NCBI RefSeq assembly: GCF_009914755.1 | Contig: NC_060935.1 | Reading direction: 5' to 3' (one strand) | Origin: the human T2T-CHM13v2.0 reference genome, Homo sapiens | Length of the DNA: 64,000 nucleotides | Notes under the pieces: generated by a model | Database searches by the model: none | What the model saw: only the letters and a program-made list of their open reading frames with translations | Told to the model about the DNA's origin: nothing | Shown here: in pieces, positions 13,361 through 28,562 of the stretch | Layout: every line of letters starts with the position of its first letter | Position numbering within the stretch: the first letter of the stretch is position 1 | Program-made: the position numbers and the translations under genes

Positions 13361-14230
13361 TCCAAGAGACAAGAGGATGCCCCTTCTCCCATATTGGCAT
13401 CTTCTAGTGGGAGGAGAAGGGAGGAGGGTGAAGAGGAGTCATTATCATTAGGGACCTCATCCCTGTCTCAGGAATGGGCTACTGAGGAGTCTCACATTGG
13501 CAAGTCCTGAGTCTGTGAGTCCTCAGGGATCAGAGCATAACTGCTCTGAGCAACCACTTCTTAGGTTCTTCCCTACACTATCATGCCTGTTCCTGCTGGA
13601 ATAGCCCATGCTACTGCATCTGACCAAGCCTGCATGTTCTGCATTGAGTCCTGCTAGTCCTCATTCTCTCCCCACGACCCATCTGCTTGCCAGTGTGTTT
13701 TTGTGGCCTTTGTTTTCTACGTCCCCCTGCCCTCTTGCCACAATTGGTACCACCTCACTACCATCTACTTTTGCCCACCTTCTACAGAGGCTCTTTGTTT
13801 TGCCCTTACTATATGTGTCTCCCACTGTGAATTTCTTTAGAAAAAAGAAAAAAATGCTTAATTGATATTTAAAAATTAAAACTTGGAGAGGAGAGTGGAG
13901 ATAGATAATTTACCTAGTGCTCCATATTCAAAAATGAGCACATAATTACTGTTTTAAAGTAAGGTGTCAGGAAGCAAGATTGATTTAAACCTGACATCTG
14001 TTTACACACAGTGAGTGTCATCAGATGCATATGTAAGGTCAGCAGATCAATGTTCTGTCGCCATGACAAGCTTAGCTTGGTTATGGAAATTTGGCTCCAT
14101 GTGCTTCTGCAAGTGGGCAGCAAGACACCTTCCAAATGGGTGGCAGCTCATGTGCTCTGTCTCTTAACCAACCACCATTGTCCATACTATCTTAAGCACA
14201 TGCAATAAAACAGTTTGAGATTGTGGGATA

Positions 14231-14800
<570 letters not shown>

Positions 14801-15679
14801 TTATTATTAATATCACACAGGATCCTGATTTCAACACACTTGGGATCTTTTCAAGGAAGGAAGATTCACTTAATAAACAATCCAGGTAGATTTCACATGA
14901 GCTTCATTAGGCTGTTGGAGTTCAGAGGAAGAAAGATCAACTTTCTGGTAGGATGTAGAAAGATGTTATGAGTGAGGGGGGACTTGAACAGGCCCCCCAG
15001 TATGTTTCTGTGTAGGAAAAATTAAAACTCATGGGAAGTGGCCCTCCATGTAAGACATCTGCCTGGAATGCCTTTACCAAATGTGTTCTCCATGCAAATT
15101 CTCACTCTCATAAGTGAGTCCTCCTTTAAGGAGTCTTCCTTGTATCTCTCAATCAGTCCTCAGGGAGTCTCTTTATTCTCAGAACGTGACCCTTACTCCA
15201 TTTCAGCACTCATTGGTTTCTATTGTTTTGCAATTGATTTGTTCTTTCTTTTTCCTGTGGATGTTTTGTTTTTGTCTTTTCCTTTCTTAAAGAGTTAATG
15301 TTTTGAAATCAAAGTCATTCATGCACGTATTTTAGATAGCCAAATATATCTGCATGGAATGTTACATAAAAGAGCAATATACCCTCATATCCTTTTCCCC
15401 TCTTCAGAGGCAAACCTTTTACCTCTTTTAGCTGATCATGTTGGCATTGACTTCCCTTTCTCTAAAAACATAGCTGTATTGCTTCCTCTTGATTTGCTGG
15501 CTTTGTCATTATCCTTTGATTTCTTCCTGTGCTATGTGAAAGATGAGACTTAGATTTCTTTTACCTCCAGCACCCCCACTGAACACACATGCATGCTTCC
15601 TGTCCTCCCCATCTTTCCAATATAATTTGTCATAACTTTGGTTATATCAATATTTGATGTTTAAATTATTATGACTGTG

Positions 15680-16092
15680 TGTGATGGTTAATTTTATATG
15701 CCAACTTATCTAGGCAATGGTATCCAGATATTTGGTCAACATCAGGCTAGATGCCACCATAAAGGTATTTTTTTAGATGAGATTAACATTCAAATCAGCA
15801 GACTTTGAGTAATTCAGATAACCCCCCACAATGTGGGTAGGCCCCATCCAATCAGTTAAAGGTCTTAACAGAAAAAGACTGACCTCCCCTTAAGAAGAGG
15901 AAATTCTGCCTCCAGATTGCCTTCAGACTTGAGTTGCAACCTTACTTTTCCCTGGGTCTTCAGTCTGCTGGCCTGTCCTGCAGATTTTGGACTTGCTACC
16001 TCCCACACTTGTGTGAGCCCATTCCTTAGAATACATCTTCCTCTCTATGCATCTTATTGGCTCTCTTTCTCTGGAGAAACCTGACTCATATA
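15680..16092 (+). mobile_element. ERVL solo LTR (MLT2C/MLT2D)
   Basis: TGTGATGGTTAATTTTATATGCCAACTT...TTTCTCTGGAGAAACCTGACTCATATA; 5-bp TSD CTGTG (15675-79) / CTATG (16093-97). Confidence 0.88.
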
Positions 16093-16334
16093 CTATGCAA
16101 ACAGTATTCACAGCTGAGCCATGAAAATGAACAATTACTTTTTCTTTTTCTGCCCATTCTTCTTTTTCTTAGAAGTAATAGTTGTCTTATTTTGTTGTTG
16201 ATATTTGCTCAGTTTTCTATTTACTCATCACTAATTCAATCCCAATCTCGACTGATTGTCTAAATCTCCTCTCGAGACTGGCAGATGCATGAAGTGTTCT
16301 CTCGATTGCATCTTCCTGAAGTAGTCTCCAATAA

Positions 16335-16492
16335 TGAGGCTGGCTTCAAGGGCAACTTGTGCAATCTCACAGGACCCTGTTCTTGGTTTAATGCTCAATT
16401 GTTGCCATCTTTAAATTCTTCATTTTTTTTAAACAAGGAACCCCTCATTTTCATTTGGCATTGTGCCCTGCAAATTATGCGGTTGCTTCGGT
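16335..16492. mobile_element. MER91A (hAT-Tip100 MITE)
   Basis: TTGGTTTAATGCTC...CATCTTTAAATTCTT...CATTTTCATTTGGCATTGTGCCCTGCAAATTATG. Confidence 0.7.
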
Positions 16493-16712
16493 CTACCAGA
16501 GCTTTCTGATTAGCTCTAATCTAGACAGATGCGTAAGAGTCATCTTGGTATTATTTAGGTATCTCCCTTCACCAGTCGTAGAGATTATCTTTACTCCTCT
16601 GCTATGTTGCTTCTCCTGTCCCCCCATCAATATAAGGTTTCTTAAAAGCAAGTCCATGTTTTATTCATTTTTATTTCTCAAACACACCTAGCACAGTGCC
16701 TCAGGCATAGTG

Positions 16713-16759
16713 GTGTGTGTGTGTGTGTGTGTGTGTGTGTGCATATATATATATATATA
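16713..16759. repeat. (GT)n(AT)n compound microsatellite
   Basis: Seen directly. Confidence 0.95.
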
Positions 16760-16995
16760 AAATCAAGGTGAACTATTTAAATAGAACAGGAGAAGGGATG
16801 TGGCCATACTTTCTGGGAAAGAGAAACAGCATGAAGAAATCAAGGAGGTGGAAATGCATTTTTGGTGGGTTGGAAGCGGTGAGAAGCAACATGACTATGT
16901 CAGAAAAAGGCATATTGAAACCAATGGGAAATGATGTTAAAATTATGTGGGAGTCAAATCGTAGAGAGGCTTGAATGCCAGACTAGGAATTTTCT
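16760..16995 (-). mobile_element. L2 fragment
   Basis: GAGAAACAGCATGAAGAAA...GAGAGGCTTGAATGCCAGACTAGGAATTT. Confidence 0.6.
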
Positions 16996-17639
16996 ACAGA
17001 CTTGTAGGCCTCCAAGGACTTATTTCCCCATCTAATGACATCTGATATGTGTAGTTAGAGCAACTCCAGCTGGGTAGAATTTCACACTTCCCTCTTTTTG
17101 GCACTGAAATACGTGAATGGAGTTGGATGGGCAAGGGAGAGAGCCTAGCAACTGAAAAAATGGAGCTTATAAGAGAGTGTTTCATGTGAATTAAAAAACC
17201 CAGCCTATACAGAAGCAGGAGTAAAGCCATTAGAACCCTGGAAGATAGCCAGGGAGGTCTGGAGAATGCTAAACATAGGCAGAACAACCCCAAACTGGCA
17301 GCCCAGTTATCACTAAACTCACACGATTAAAGGCCAGCAATCATTAGCACCTCATAGGTATCTGTGATACTTACGGCATCAGCACTAAGAAAATTGAGCT
17401 TGCCCTCTGGAAGTTTTCACACTGCAATGAATGTTTCTGGTAAATATGAAGATTAGTGGGTAATGGGGACCTCTTGCTCTTTGAACCTCAGCCACAGCTT
17501 GTGTGATATGGAATCCCTGAGCTTTCTTGACGTGCATGAAGAAATAAAAGCACCTTTCCAAATCAGTGGTAATATTGTTCCAAAATGCATATTAGCATTC
17601 TAAAAGAAAGATGTTTACAAGGTCTTGAAAAAAACTTAA

Positions 17640-19600
<1,961 letters not shown>

Positions 19601-20170
19601 GATCATACAGACTCTCCTTCTTTTCCCATCTGGCCCCACAACTGGAAATGCTTGAAATGGCTATTCCATAAGCCCAGCTCCCTAAGAGAATGTAATGGGC
19701 AGAGCATCCTCCCCCTATCACCCACCCCAATGGCTTTCTTGAAATGAACATGCAGCACTGTGATTTGGGGTTGATTATATAGCATACCTAGCCCATCCTG
19801 ACTGATACAACATCCATGCTTAATTTGGTGAGATTATCTTGATTGGTCAAAATAAATCAGGGGCTAAGAGAAACTGGATTGACCCTGCTCTAGTTAAACC
19901 AAAAAAAAAAAAAAGTCAGAGCTGAAAGGTCAATTGTGTTGTCTTCATGGCTTAAGTATAGTTCCTAGTTGGCTTTAAGTTTTCCATGACTGGTTTAATT
20001 GTGGAAATGGAATGTTAGAGCCCAAACTCTTAAAATGGGTCACTTCAAATCAGGAGATGGATGCGTGTGAATCAGAGAAAGGAATATGACTATAGTAATT
20101 TCTTTATTTTCCCTATGGTGGGCCAATACATAAGGTTTCATTTTTAAGTTTGCCAGATCAAGCAATATGA

Positions 20171-20260
20171 TTTTTTTTTTATTATACTTTAAGTTTTAGG
20201 GTACATGTGCACATTGTGCAGGTTAGTTACATATGTATACATGTGCCATGCTGGTGCGCT
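20171..20260 (-). mobile_element. Very short young L1 3' end (L1PA2 or non-Ta L1HS type)
   Basis: TTATTATACTTTAAGTTTTAGGGTACATGTGCACATTGTGCAGGTTAGTTACATATGTATACATGTGCCATGCTGGTGCGCT; TSD ATGATTTT (20167-74 / 20261-68) followed by AA. Confidence 0.92.
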
Positions 20261-20639
20261 ATGATTTTAAAATGCAATATAAAGTTATATAGATAACCAC
20301 TAGCGAATAAGGAAGACTTCATAGAATCATCAAATTGAAGGTCATGGAGGAGGAAAGAACAGAAAGAAGCATAACCAAAAAACAAAACCATATGAAAAAG
20401 ATTAGAAGAAGGAAAAGTAGAAGCAGCAGAAAAGAAAGGAGGAATCAACCAGAAAGCATTAAACACAAAAATTAAAATGACTCGAAAAGTAAGATGAAAT
20501 ATGTTCATTGTGATAAATATAAAAATGAAAAAATAATCTATTTAAATGTAAAGCTCTCAGATGGAGTAATTAAATTCAAGTATGTACGTTCCTCAAAATA
20601 ATTCATAAAACAATGGTTCAGAAAATTTAGAAACCTTTT

Positions 20640-21115
20640 CATTGGATTCTAGCATGATGGGGAAGCCACGGGGGGGCTTTAAGAAGGAAAATAATATCAA
20701 ATAGTTATATTTCAAAAGATCATGCAAAAACAAACAATCTAATAAGAAGATCATGTGGACTGCTGTGTAGAAAGGGGATTGAAGTGGATGAGGAGCCAGT
20801 TAAAAGGCTGCTTCAATAGTTTGAGGAAAGCATGATGTTGGCTTGGACTACGATGGTACTGATGGAGATAAAGAAAAGTGGATAGATTGAGAGATATTCT
20901 GGAGGTAAAGCTAACAGGATTTTTTAATGGATTGCCTGAAGCGTAGACTGGGAAAGGAATGGGTCGGGGGAAAGAGTATAGGGAGAGCAAAATAAAAAGG
21001 AAGAAAAAAATAACAAAATCAAAACTGTTGACTTTGCTATTTTATATTAGTAAAATGAAGTTTAAGGTTTCTATTGGATACCCAAGTAAAGATGTCAAGT
21101 AAGCAACTGGAAATT
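20640..21115 (-). mobile_element. L2a fragment
   Basis: GATGGGGAAGCCAC...AGTGGATAGATTGAGAGATATTCTGGAGGTAAAGCTAACAGGATT...GATGTCAAGTAAGCAACTGGA. Confidence 0.8.
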
Positions 21116-21139
21116 GTTCTTTTTAATTCTGCACCTGAC

Positions 21140-21739
<600 letters not shown>

Positions 21740-22199
21740 TCATATACTTAATAACAGAATCATGAACATATATAAAGCAAATAAGGAGTCAGAAAATACA
21801 ATAAGTATATAGAAACAAAATACAAGTAAAACATTTTAACAAACCTCTGTTAAATATTTAATTTAATTTAAACTTAACTTTAAATATTTCATATGATTTT
21901 TGTTAATGACTGAGTAGATGCCCAGACATAGATAGCTAAAAATGTACAAAAGCAGACATCTTTGGGGTTATGCATGACTGCACTCAGGAGAATAGGGGCA
22001 AGCAAAAGAATCTTGGAATCCCAAAAGCTGATTTGTAGGAAATTTCTAGACACTGGGAAATAATCAGAGGTTGGGATAAAAGCCTTTGAATATGAAATAT
22101 TTACTCAATTTCTGGGTGTTAACATATTAGCACTTCTCTTAAAGGCAACTTAGATGATGTATGCATTTGTAGGTAGTGCCACAATTTCAGTTAAGCAGA

Positions 22200-23150
22200 C
22201 AAGTCTATAATCAAATGGACTTGGAATAAATCACTGAACATGTCTCAGCTGTCATTTTCTTATCTGGAAGTGAAATTAAAGTCATCTACTTCACAGGATC
22301 ATTGTGAAGAATTAATAAAACGTATAGAGCATTAATTCAGTGAGTAGCATATACTAAGTTCTCAACCAGTGCCACTTATCCAACCACTGGAGGCTAGCTT
22401 TAGTTTTAACTTTAGCTTGAGCTTGAAAAAAAAAAAACAAAAAACTTTTGATGCTCAACCACCTACATTCAAATCCTGGCTTTGCTGTGTGACCTTAGAG
22501 AAGTCACTTTATCTTTCTGTTATTCAGTTTTGCCACTGGTAAAATGGAGATAAAATAGTATCTGCCTTATGTGTTTGACTTGAGGCTTAACATCTAAACT
22601 TCTTAAAATAGTTTCAGGCATGTGAAGCTCCGAATCAGGGTCAGCAATTGTTCTTGTTGCTGTTATTTTACTACTTTCCAGAGTTCTCTTACGAAGGGCC
22701 TCAGAAGCGAAAGGTAGAATTGCAGTGTGAAGCCAGGAATTAATTATTGGGCTTTCCAGTGAGCACAAGTGCCAAGTGAGGCCAGAATTAGAAGGAAGTG
22801 AGAGCCGAGGATTTGGAAGGAGAGGAGGTGAGTTAACAGGGCTCAAAACTGGACAGGAGAACAGTAATTACATAAGATCCTGGTGTGCAGTTAGTGCCTA
22901 TATAATAATGTGTGTAAGAACCTATCTATAATAGGTCATAGACTGTGCATTTTCTAGCCATTATATAATTCAGTCTTCCCAATAACCCTGACAGCTGGGT
23001 ATTATTATTTCAATTTATAATGAGAAAATGAGCTTTAAAGGGGTAAAAAGTCAATTACTGAGGCCAACTAGTTTGTATGTGGAGGACTGAGATTGAGGTA
23101 TAGAACCAATTCTCAAGCCAATAACCATCCTTCCCACTAGCCTGCTTCCC
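22200..23150. mobile_element. Three MIR copies (~22200-22380 +, ~22455-22670 +, ~22900-23150 -)
   Basis: TTCAAATCCTGGCTTTGCTGTGTGACCTTAGAGAAGTCACTT and related MIR cores. Confidence 0.65.
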
Positions 23151-24929
23151 TCAGTATTGAGAGCTAAGCATTATGTATATTATCCCTTCCCTTATTAGGA
23201 GAGTGGCCAGGGCTTAACTTGAAATGAAGCAGCACAGAATCTAGCTATGGACACAGACATATGAATGACTTGGATTCTTCTGATAAGATAAGGCATTTCT
23301 TAGCAATTACCCACTGTGTTTAATTGAGAGGGAAAAGTCTCTTGCCTTCAGAAGAGACTTTTCTCTCTGTGCCCACCTCCAAGGTGCAGGCCATAGCAGC
23401 TCCTAGAGGAAATTCTAACCTGAATCTATCTCTCGTCTTTTCCGCTCCCTCAACCTGGCTTACCCTAAGAGTTCAGTTCAAAAGCCTTGGTGTTTTAGAC
23501 CTAAGTTTCTTCATCTTTTGCAAGACCACAATGCAAAAATGACTCCTCTTGTTCACCATCGACTAATTCCCCTTTTGTCCCAATCATTATCCACTCCCTT
23601 CATGAATAACTACATTTGGAACAGGAAAAGTTGTGATTATTGCTATAGTTTGTGAACAACTCTGGCATTGTCTAATTTCTTGATGGGTAGTCTTCATCTT
23701 AGATTGTTGTTTATCTAGGTTTCACTGTGGCCTTTAATTTCACACAGGTTTATAGGAGGAGAGTAGGCAAAACAAATCAAATTAGGGCCAGGCCCTTTAG
23801 TCTGGTTCTCCTGATTGGAGACTCCTGATTGGCCAAGAGTTTAAAGCCCTCTGGTCTCCAGTGTCCTAGCAACACTGACAGCAGATGACCCTTCTCTAAG
23901 TTCTTAAAGAGTTTTCTTATACAAACCCCTGCCATTATACCAGTCGATTCGTTCCCATAGTCATTCTTATTCTTTCCCTCCCTCTCTTCTTTTATCTCCC
24001 TTCACTATCTAGGGCTCAGTCAACATCCCTAAAAAAGCTACCATGTAATTCATAAGACCAAATTAATGTTAAGATTCACTTCTCAGTGTATAGTTGCCAA
24101 TTTAGGTTTTCTAAGAGAAAGAACAGAAATTATTTAAGAATTACCCAGCTTTGTTGAGACCTGGACAATTAGTTTCTTGAATGTTGCAGAACCATTTAAA
24201 GCGTCCACTGCTTATTTGCAGAATTAAAAGGCCTTGGTTATTATTTCTTGTTTAACAAACATTGACCACACTCAGGCTGCGAAGCTCCATACAAAAGACG
24301 TACAGGCCTGAAAATTTTTTTAAAAAAAAACTGATTAAATTTTAACCAGCTGCTGGGCAGATAGTTTGCCTGAGGCACATTTGTCAGTTTCAAAGGGTCT
24401 TTTTATTAATTTTGCATTTTGTATTTTGTTAGTGGAAAGAGCTCTCTCTTTGGGGACTGCCAAAAGCTATAGGCTGCGAATCTTCAAGCAGCCCAAGGAC
24501 GCTTCTGAGAATGCCAAGTAGATTTGGATTCCCGAGCACTCCCCATTACATGAGCTTTATGGGTCCTAAAAATATATTAACTTTAGGGGTGAGCTATTTG
24601 AATTAACTTTACAGGATTCCTGCTGACTCTGCTTTGATTAATGTGAATCCTGATATTTGTCTATAAGACTATGAATGACCTTGCTGTGTGAACTTAAGCA
24701 ATTTACTTGACCGCTCTGAGAATCAGGTTTCTGGTCTATAACATAACAGAGTGGGGAGTTTATCTTTATGATCCCTGCAGCACTGAATTAGCTGGTTTGT
24801 GACTGGTTGGGAAGTTCTGACACGGTAAAACTCTCATGTGTTTTTCTTTTGTGTAAGTGGCATATGGCATCTAAGTCAGTTATAAGCTATCATATTCATG
24901 ATTGTGGTGATAATTATTAATAACTAGAA

Positions 24930-25150
24930 ATGTTATTTAAAATTTTGTATGTCAGGTTCTGTGTTAAGCACTTTACATTTATTTTAATATTTATTTTTTC
25001 AGAGAAAACCTCTGAAGCAGGAGCTATCATTATTCCCATATTACAGATGAGGCAACTGAGAGTATAAAAGATGAAGAAATTTACTGGAAATTGAATAATA
25101 AGTGGCTGAGCCAGGATTTGAAAATAAATCCACTTAATGCAGTCTGTTTT
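24930..25150 (-). mobile_element. MIR SINE
   Basis: ATTATTCCCATATTACAGATGAGGCAACTGAG...AGTGGCTGAGCCAGGATTTGAA. Confidence 0.8.
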
Positions 25151-25597
25151 CTTCTTCTGGAAGTAAGGATCAGTTTCTGTTTCTAAGCTGGAAATATGCT
25201 CTGATTTCACACAAAGATTTCCAGATTCCAAGTGTGGCTGGGATGGGGCTTGGTGAAAATATTTATGCCAAACTCAATGGTGTCCTGAAAGGTTCACACA
25301 GGCCTCTCTTGGCTTAGGCAGCTCCAGGCTGGAGGTGGCCACCTGCAGCGTAGAGACAATTTGTGAAGAGAAGACAGAACTCAGGGGTTAAATGGAAAAT
25401 ACAAACCTCTTCTGTGATGCTGGGAATTTCATAAGATCCACTCAGGCATCTTCAAACAGCATTAAATACAAAGTAAAAAAGTCTACCCTCAGGCTAGAAT
25501 TTGTAGACGACTTACCTGCAGGAGAATATAGCTAAATTTCTGCCTGAAGACAAAGAATCAGGGCTTACATTTACAAAGTGGAAGGAAAAAGCAATGT

Positions 25598-25632
25598 ATA
25601 CACACACACACACAGACACACACACACACACA
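25598..25632. repeat. (CA)n microsatellite
   Basis: Seen directly; one GA interruption. Confidence 0.9.
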
Positions 25633-26576
25633 TATGGGTTTCTTTCTGAATGTATATTTCTTTTTTGTATTGCAACTTTATATTTTAGACATAAATATAT
25701 CATTTCACCAGTGAGACTTTTTATGCCAAATCAATACCTGGCAGACTGACTTTTGCATTATTTAATGTCCTTACCTATTGGGAGGGACAGGTACTATCAG
25801 CCTCAATGTGCTCATATTTCTGTGGTCTTTAAATTTCTGCAAAGGATTCACCCTTGAAAGCAAATTCTCTAGGGTATGTTGCTCTCCCTCAAGTTTGGCT
25901 TTTTTCTTGCTGCTCAAGTGGCTTGGGTTCTTCAGTCAAGATGACTTAACCTATTGATTTTTAAAAGGGGGAGGAGCAAACTGCACAAAATGTTGTGTGA
26001 TACTTGGAGTGGAGGAATGGGACATGTCCCAAGAGGATGTATGATTCTTTTTGAGCTAAACCCTCTTGGATTCCTGCACTCATAATTGGCCTGCTCCTTG
26101 GTATACTATACCTAGCAAGATGGAATGGTGCTTGGACTGGTCCAGGAACCCTAAAGAACTTTCTCATCAGTGTTATTTAAATAAAAGAGATGCATACACT
26201 TGTAATAACATTTAAAAGTTACTTTACTTGATAACTGCTCATAGACTTAAAAAAAAACTTTGAAGAGGAAATTTGAAATATATTGGACACATAGTTTATC
26301 ATTAAATATGGGAATTTCTGGGTCAGAAAAATGACATGTTCTCCTGTTTAGGATGTATGCATTTTTAAAAGAATTTTTAAAAAGTGAATATCTATTGGTG
26401 ACAAGTTTGTGATAAGTTTTAACATAAGGAACTTTATTTTATCTACATTTTAAAGGACATTTTTGTAGATTACAAAACTTCAGCTCACAGATATTATTAT
26501 TTAGCACTTTGAAGATACTCCTTTGAAGATTTCTTTTCAAGCATCCATTATTATAGTCAAGAGGTTTTATAGTCAG

Positions 26577-27073
26577 CGTGATGGTTAATTTTATTTCACA
26601 AATTGACTAGGCCACAGGATGCCCAGACAGTAGGTAGAACATTATTCGGAGTGTGTCTGTGAGGGTGTTTTGGGATAAGATTACCATTTAAATTGGAAGA
26701 CTGAATAAAGCTTTGGCCTTCCTAATGTGGGTGGGCTTTATCCAATCGAGTGAAGGCTGAACAGAAAGGGTGGCCCTCCCCCAAGTAAAAGACAATTCTT
26801 CATGCTTGACTGTTTCCAAACTAGAACATTAGCTTTTTTCTGCCTTTGGACTCAAACTGAAACTTGGACTCTTGCTGGGTCTCAAGCCTGCTGACTATGA
26901 ACTGGAACTTACACCATTGACTCTCCTGGGTCTCCAGTTTGCTGACTTGTTCTGCAGATCTTGAGACTTGTCAACCTCTGTAATCATGTGAGTCAATTCC
27001 TTATAATAAGTGTCTTTCTCTCTGTATACACATCTTACTGGTTCTGTTTCTCAGGAGAACCCAGAATAATGTG
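26577..27073 (+). mobile_element. ERVL solo LTR (MLT2B-type)
   Basis: GTGATGGTTAATTTTATT...GTTCTGTTTCTCAGGAGAACCC; perfect 5-bp TSD GTCAG (26572-76 / 27074-78). Confidence 0.9.
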
Positions 27074-27329
27074 GTCAGTTTGTCATTTTTTTGTAAATGA
27101 ACTGTCTTACCCTTTCTGGCTGATTTTGACAACTTTTGTTTTTTTGTCTTTGGTGCTCCATTTTACCTAGTGTAGATTTTATGTGTCTTGGTTAGTAAAT
27201 GTGCTTTTTGCATTTATAGATTTATGTCTTTCTTCTTAACCACTTTTAAAATGTTTATTTTCCACTATTTTCTCTGTTCTCTCTGAGACTCTGATTAAAT
27301 ATATATTAGATCTTCTCATTCTATCCACC

Positions 27330-27674
27330 TGTCTTAGTTCATTAGGGCTACTGTAACAAAATACCATATATGGGATGAATTATAAACAATAGAAATTTAT
27401 TTCTCAGAGTTCCAAGATTAAAGCGCCAACAGATTCAATGTCTGGTGAGGGCCTGTCTCTTGGTTCATAAAATGATGCCTTTTTGCTATGTTCTCTCGTG
27501 GTGGAAAGGGCAAGGCAGTTCTCTAGGGCCTTTTTTATAAGGGCACTAATCCCATTCCTGGGACCTCTATCCTCATGATCTCATTACCTTCCAATGGTCT
27601 CACCTCCTAATACTATCATATTAATAACTAGTTTTTAACATATACATTTGGGGAGACATAATCAGACCATAGCA
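27330..27674 (-). mobile_element. MaLR solo LTR (MLT1A/MLT1A0)
   Basis: TGTCTTAGTTCATTAGGGCTACTGTAACAAAATACCAT...TTATAAGGGCACTAATCCCATT...CAGACCATAGCA. Confidence 0.88.
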
Positions 27675-27979
27675 CAAAATCAGGCCATGTTTTTATCTTC
27701 TAATATTTTTAGTCTTATTCTTTGGGCTACAATCTGGATAACTATTTCAAATATATCTTCCAGTCTGTTAATTCTCCCTTCAACCATAGCTATTATTTAT
27801 CATATCCAATGAATTTTTTAAAATTTATTTTCAACCACTATACTTTTCATTTTATTTTGTACCTTTTCTAATCTGCCTGTTTTGTAGTGTTTAGTTGTTT
27901 GCTTTTTTATATTTAAAAAGTTTCACATATAGTTGTTATATATTTTATCTGTTAAGTGCAATATCTAACATCCTTGACT

Positions 27980-28562
27980 GACTTAGCCTAGGTTGTCCAG
28001 AAACCAGAAGTTATATGTGACTGTTTTTTAGTAAGTACCATCCTAGGGAGCAGAAGTGAGAGCAAAGGTAGGTAAGGTTAAGAAGGAGAGAAAGTCTCAA
28101 TGAAGATGTGCTGTTAGCTGGCTGCTACTAAATTCAATGGATTATTCGTAGCATAGGTCTATGCTAGGCAATGACCCCTCAAGAAGCCATATGAAATACT
28201 TCCCAGGATCATCCATCTAGGGGAAAGTGTGAGAAAGAATGTGTCTATTGATTCCCTCTCTCCCATTGGTTAGTTTTGCCCATAGGGCATTGACTTCCCT
28301 ACACTTCTGGCTTCCACATGTATGGACACTGAGCAGGGTCTCTCCATGTCTCACACCTTAGCATCATCAAGGAAGCCCTGGAACAGGAGGCAAGAAGCAT
28401 TCAGAGAAGCATGCAATACAAGAATGAGGTGAGACACTTCCGGGCTGCATCTGCATAAAGTTGATCAGAGTCCACACACAGTTGGTCATGAGAGTAGTGA
28501 CCAGAGTGTGAGCCAAATTAGGCCAAGCGTATCATAACTGGTATGTAAGATATGTCCAATAC
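27980..28562 (-). mobile_element. ERVL LTR (LTR33-like)
   Basis: ATCCTAGGGAGCAGAAGTGAG...TCCCATTGGTTAG...GGGCATTGACTTCCCTACACTTCTGG. Confidence 0.55.

Larger units (their letters stand above)
15300..16600 (-). mobile_element. HAL1/ancient L1 3' region, hosting an MLT2 LTR and MER91A
   Basis: CAGAGGCAAACCTTTTACCTCTTTTAGCTGAT...TCTCTAAAAACATAGCTGTATTGCT resembles the recalled HAL1 3' end. Confidence 0.6.
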
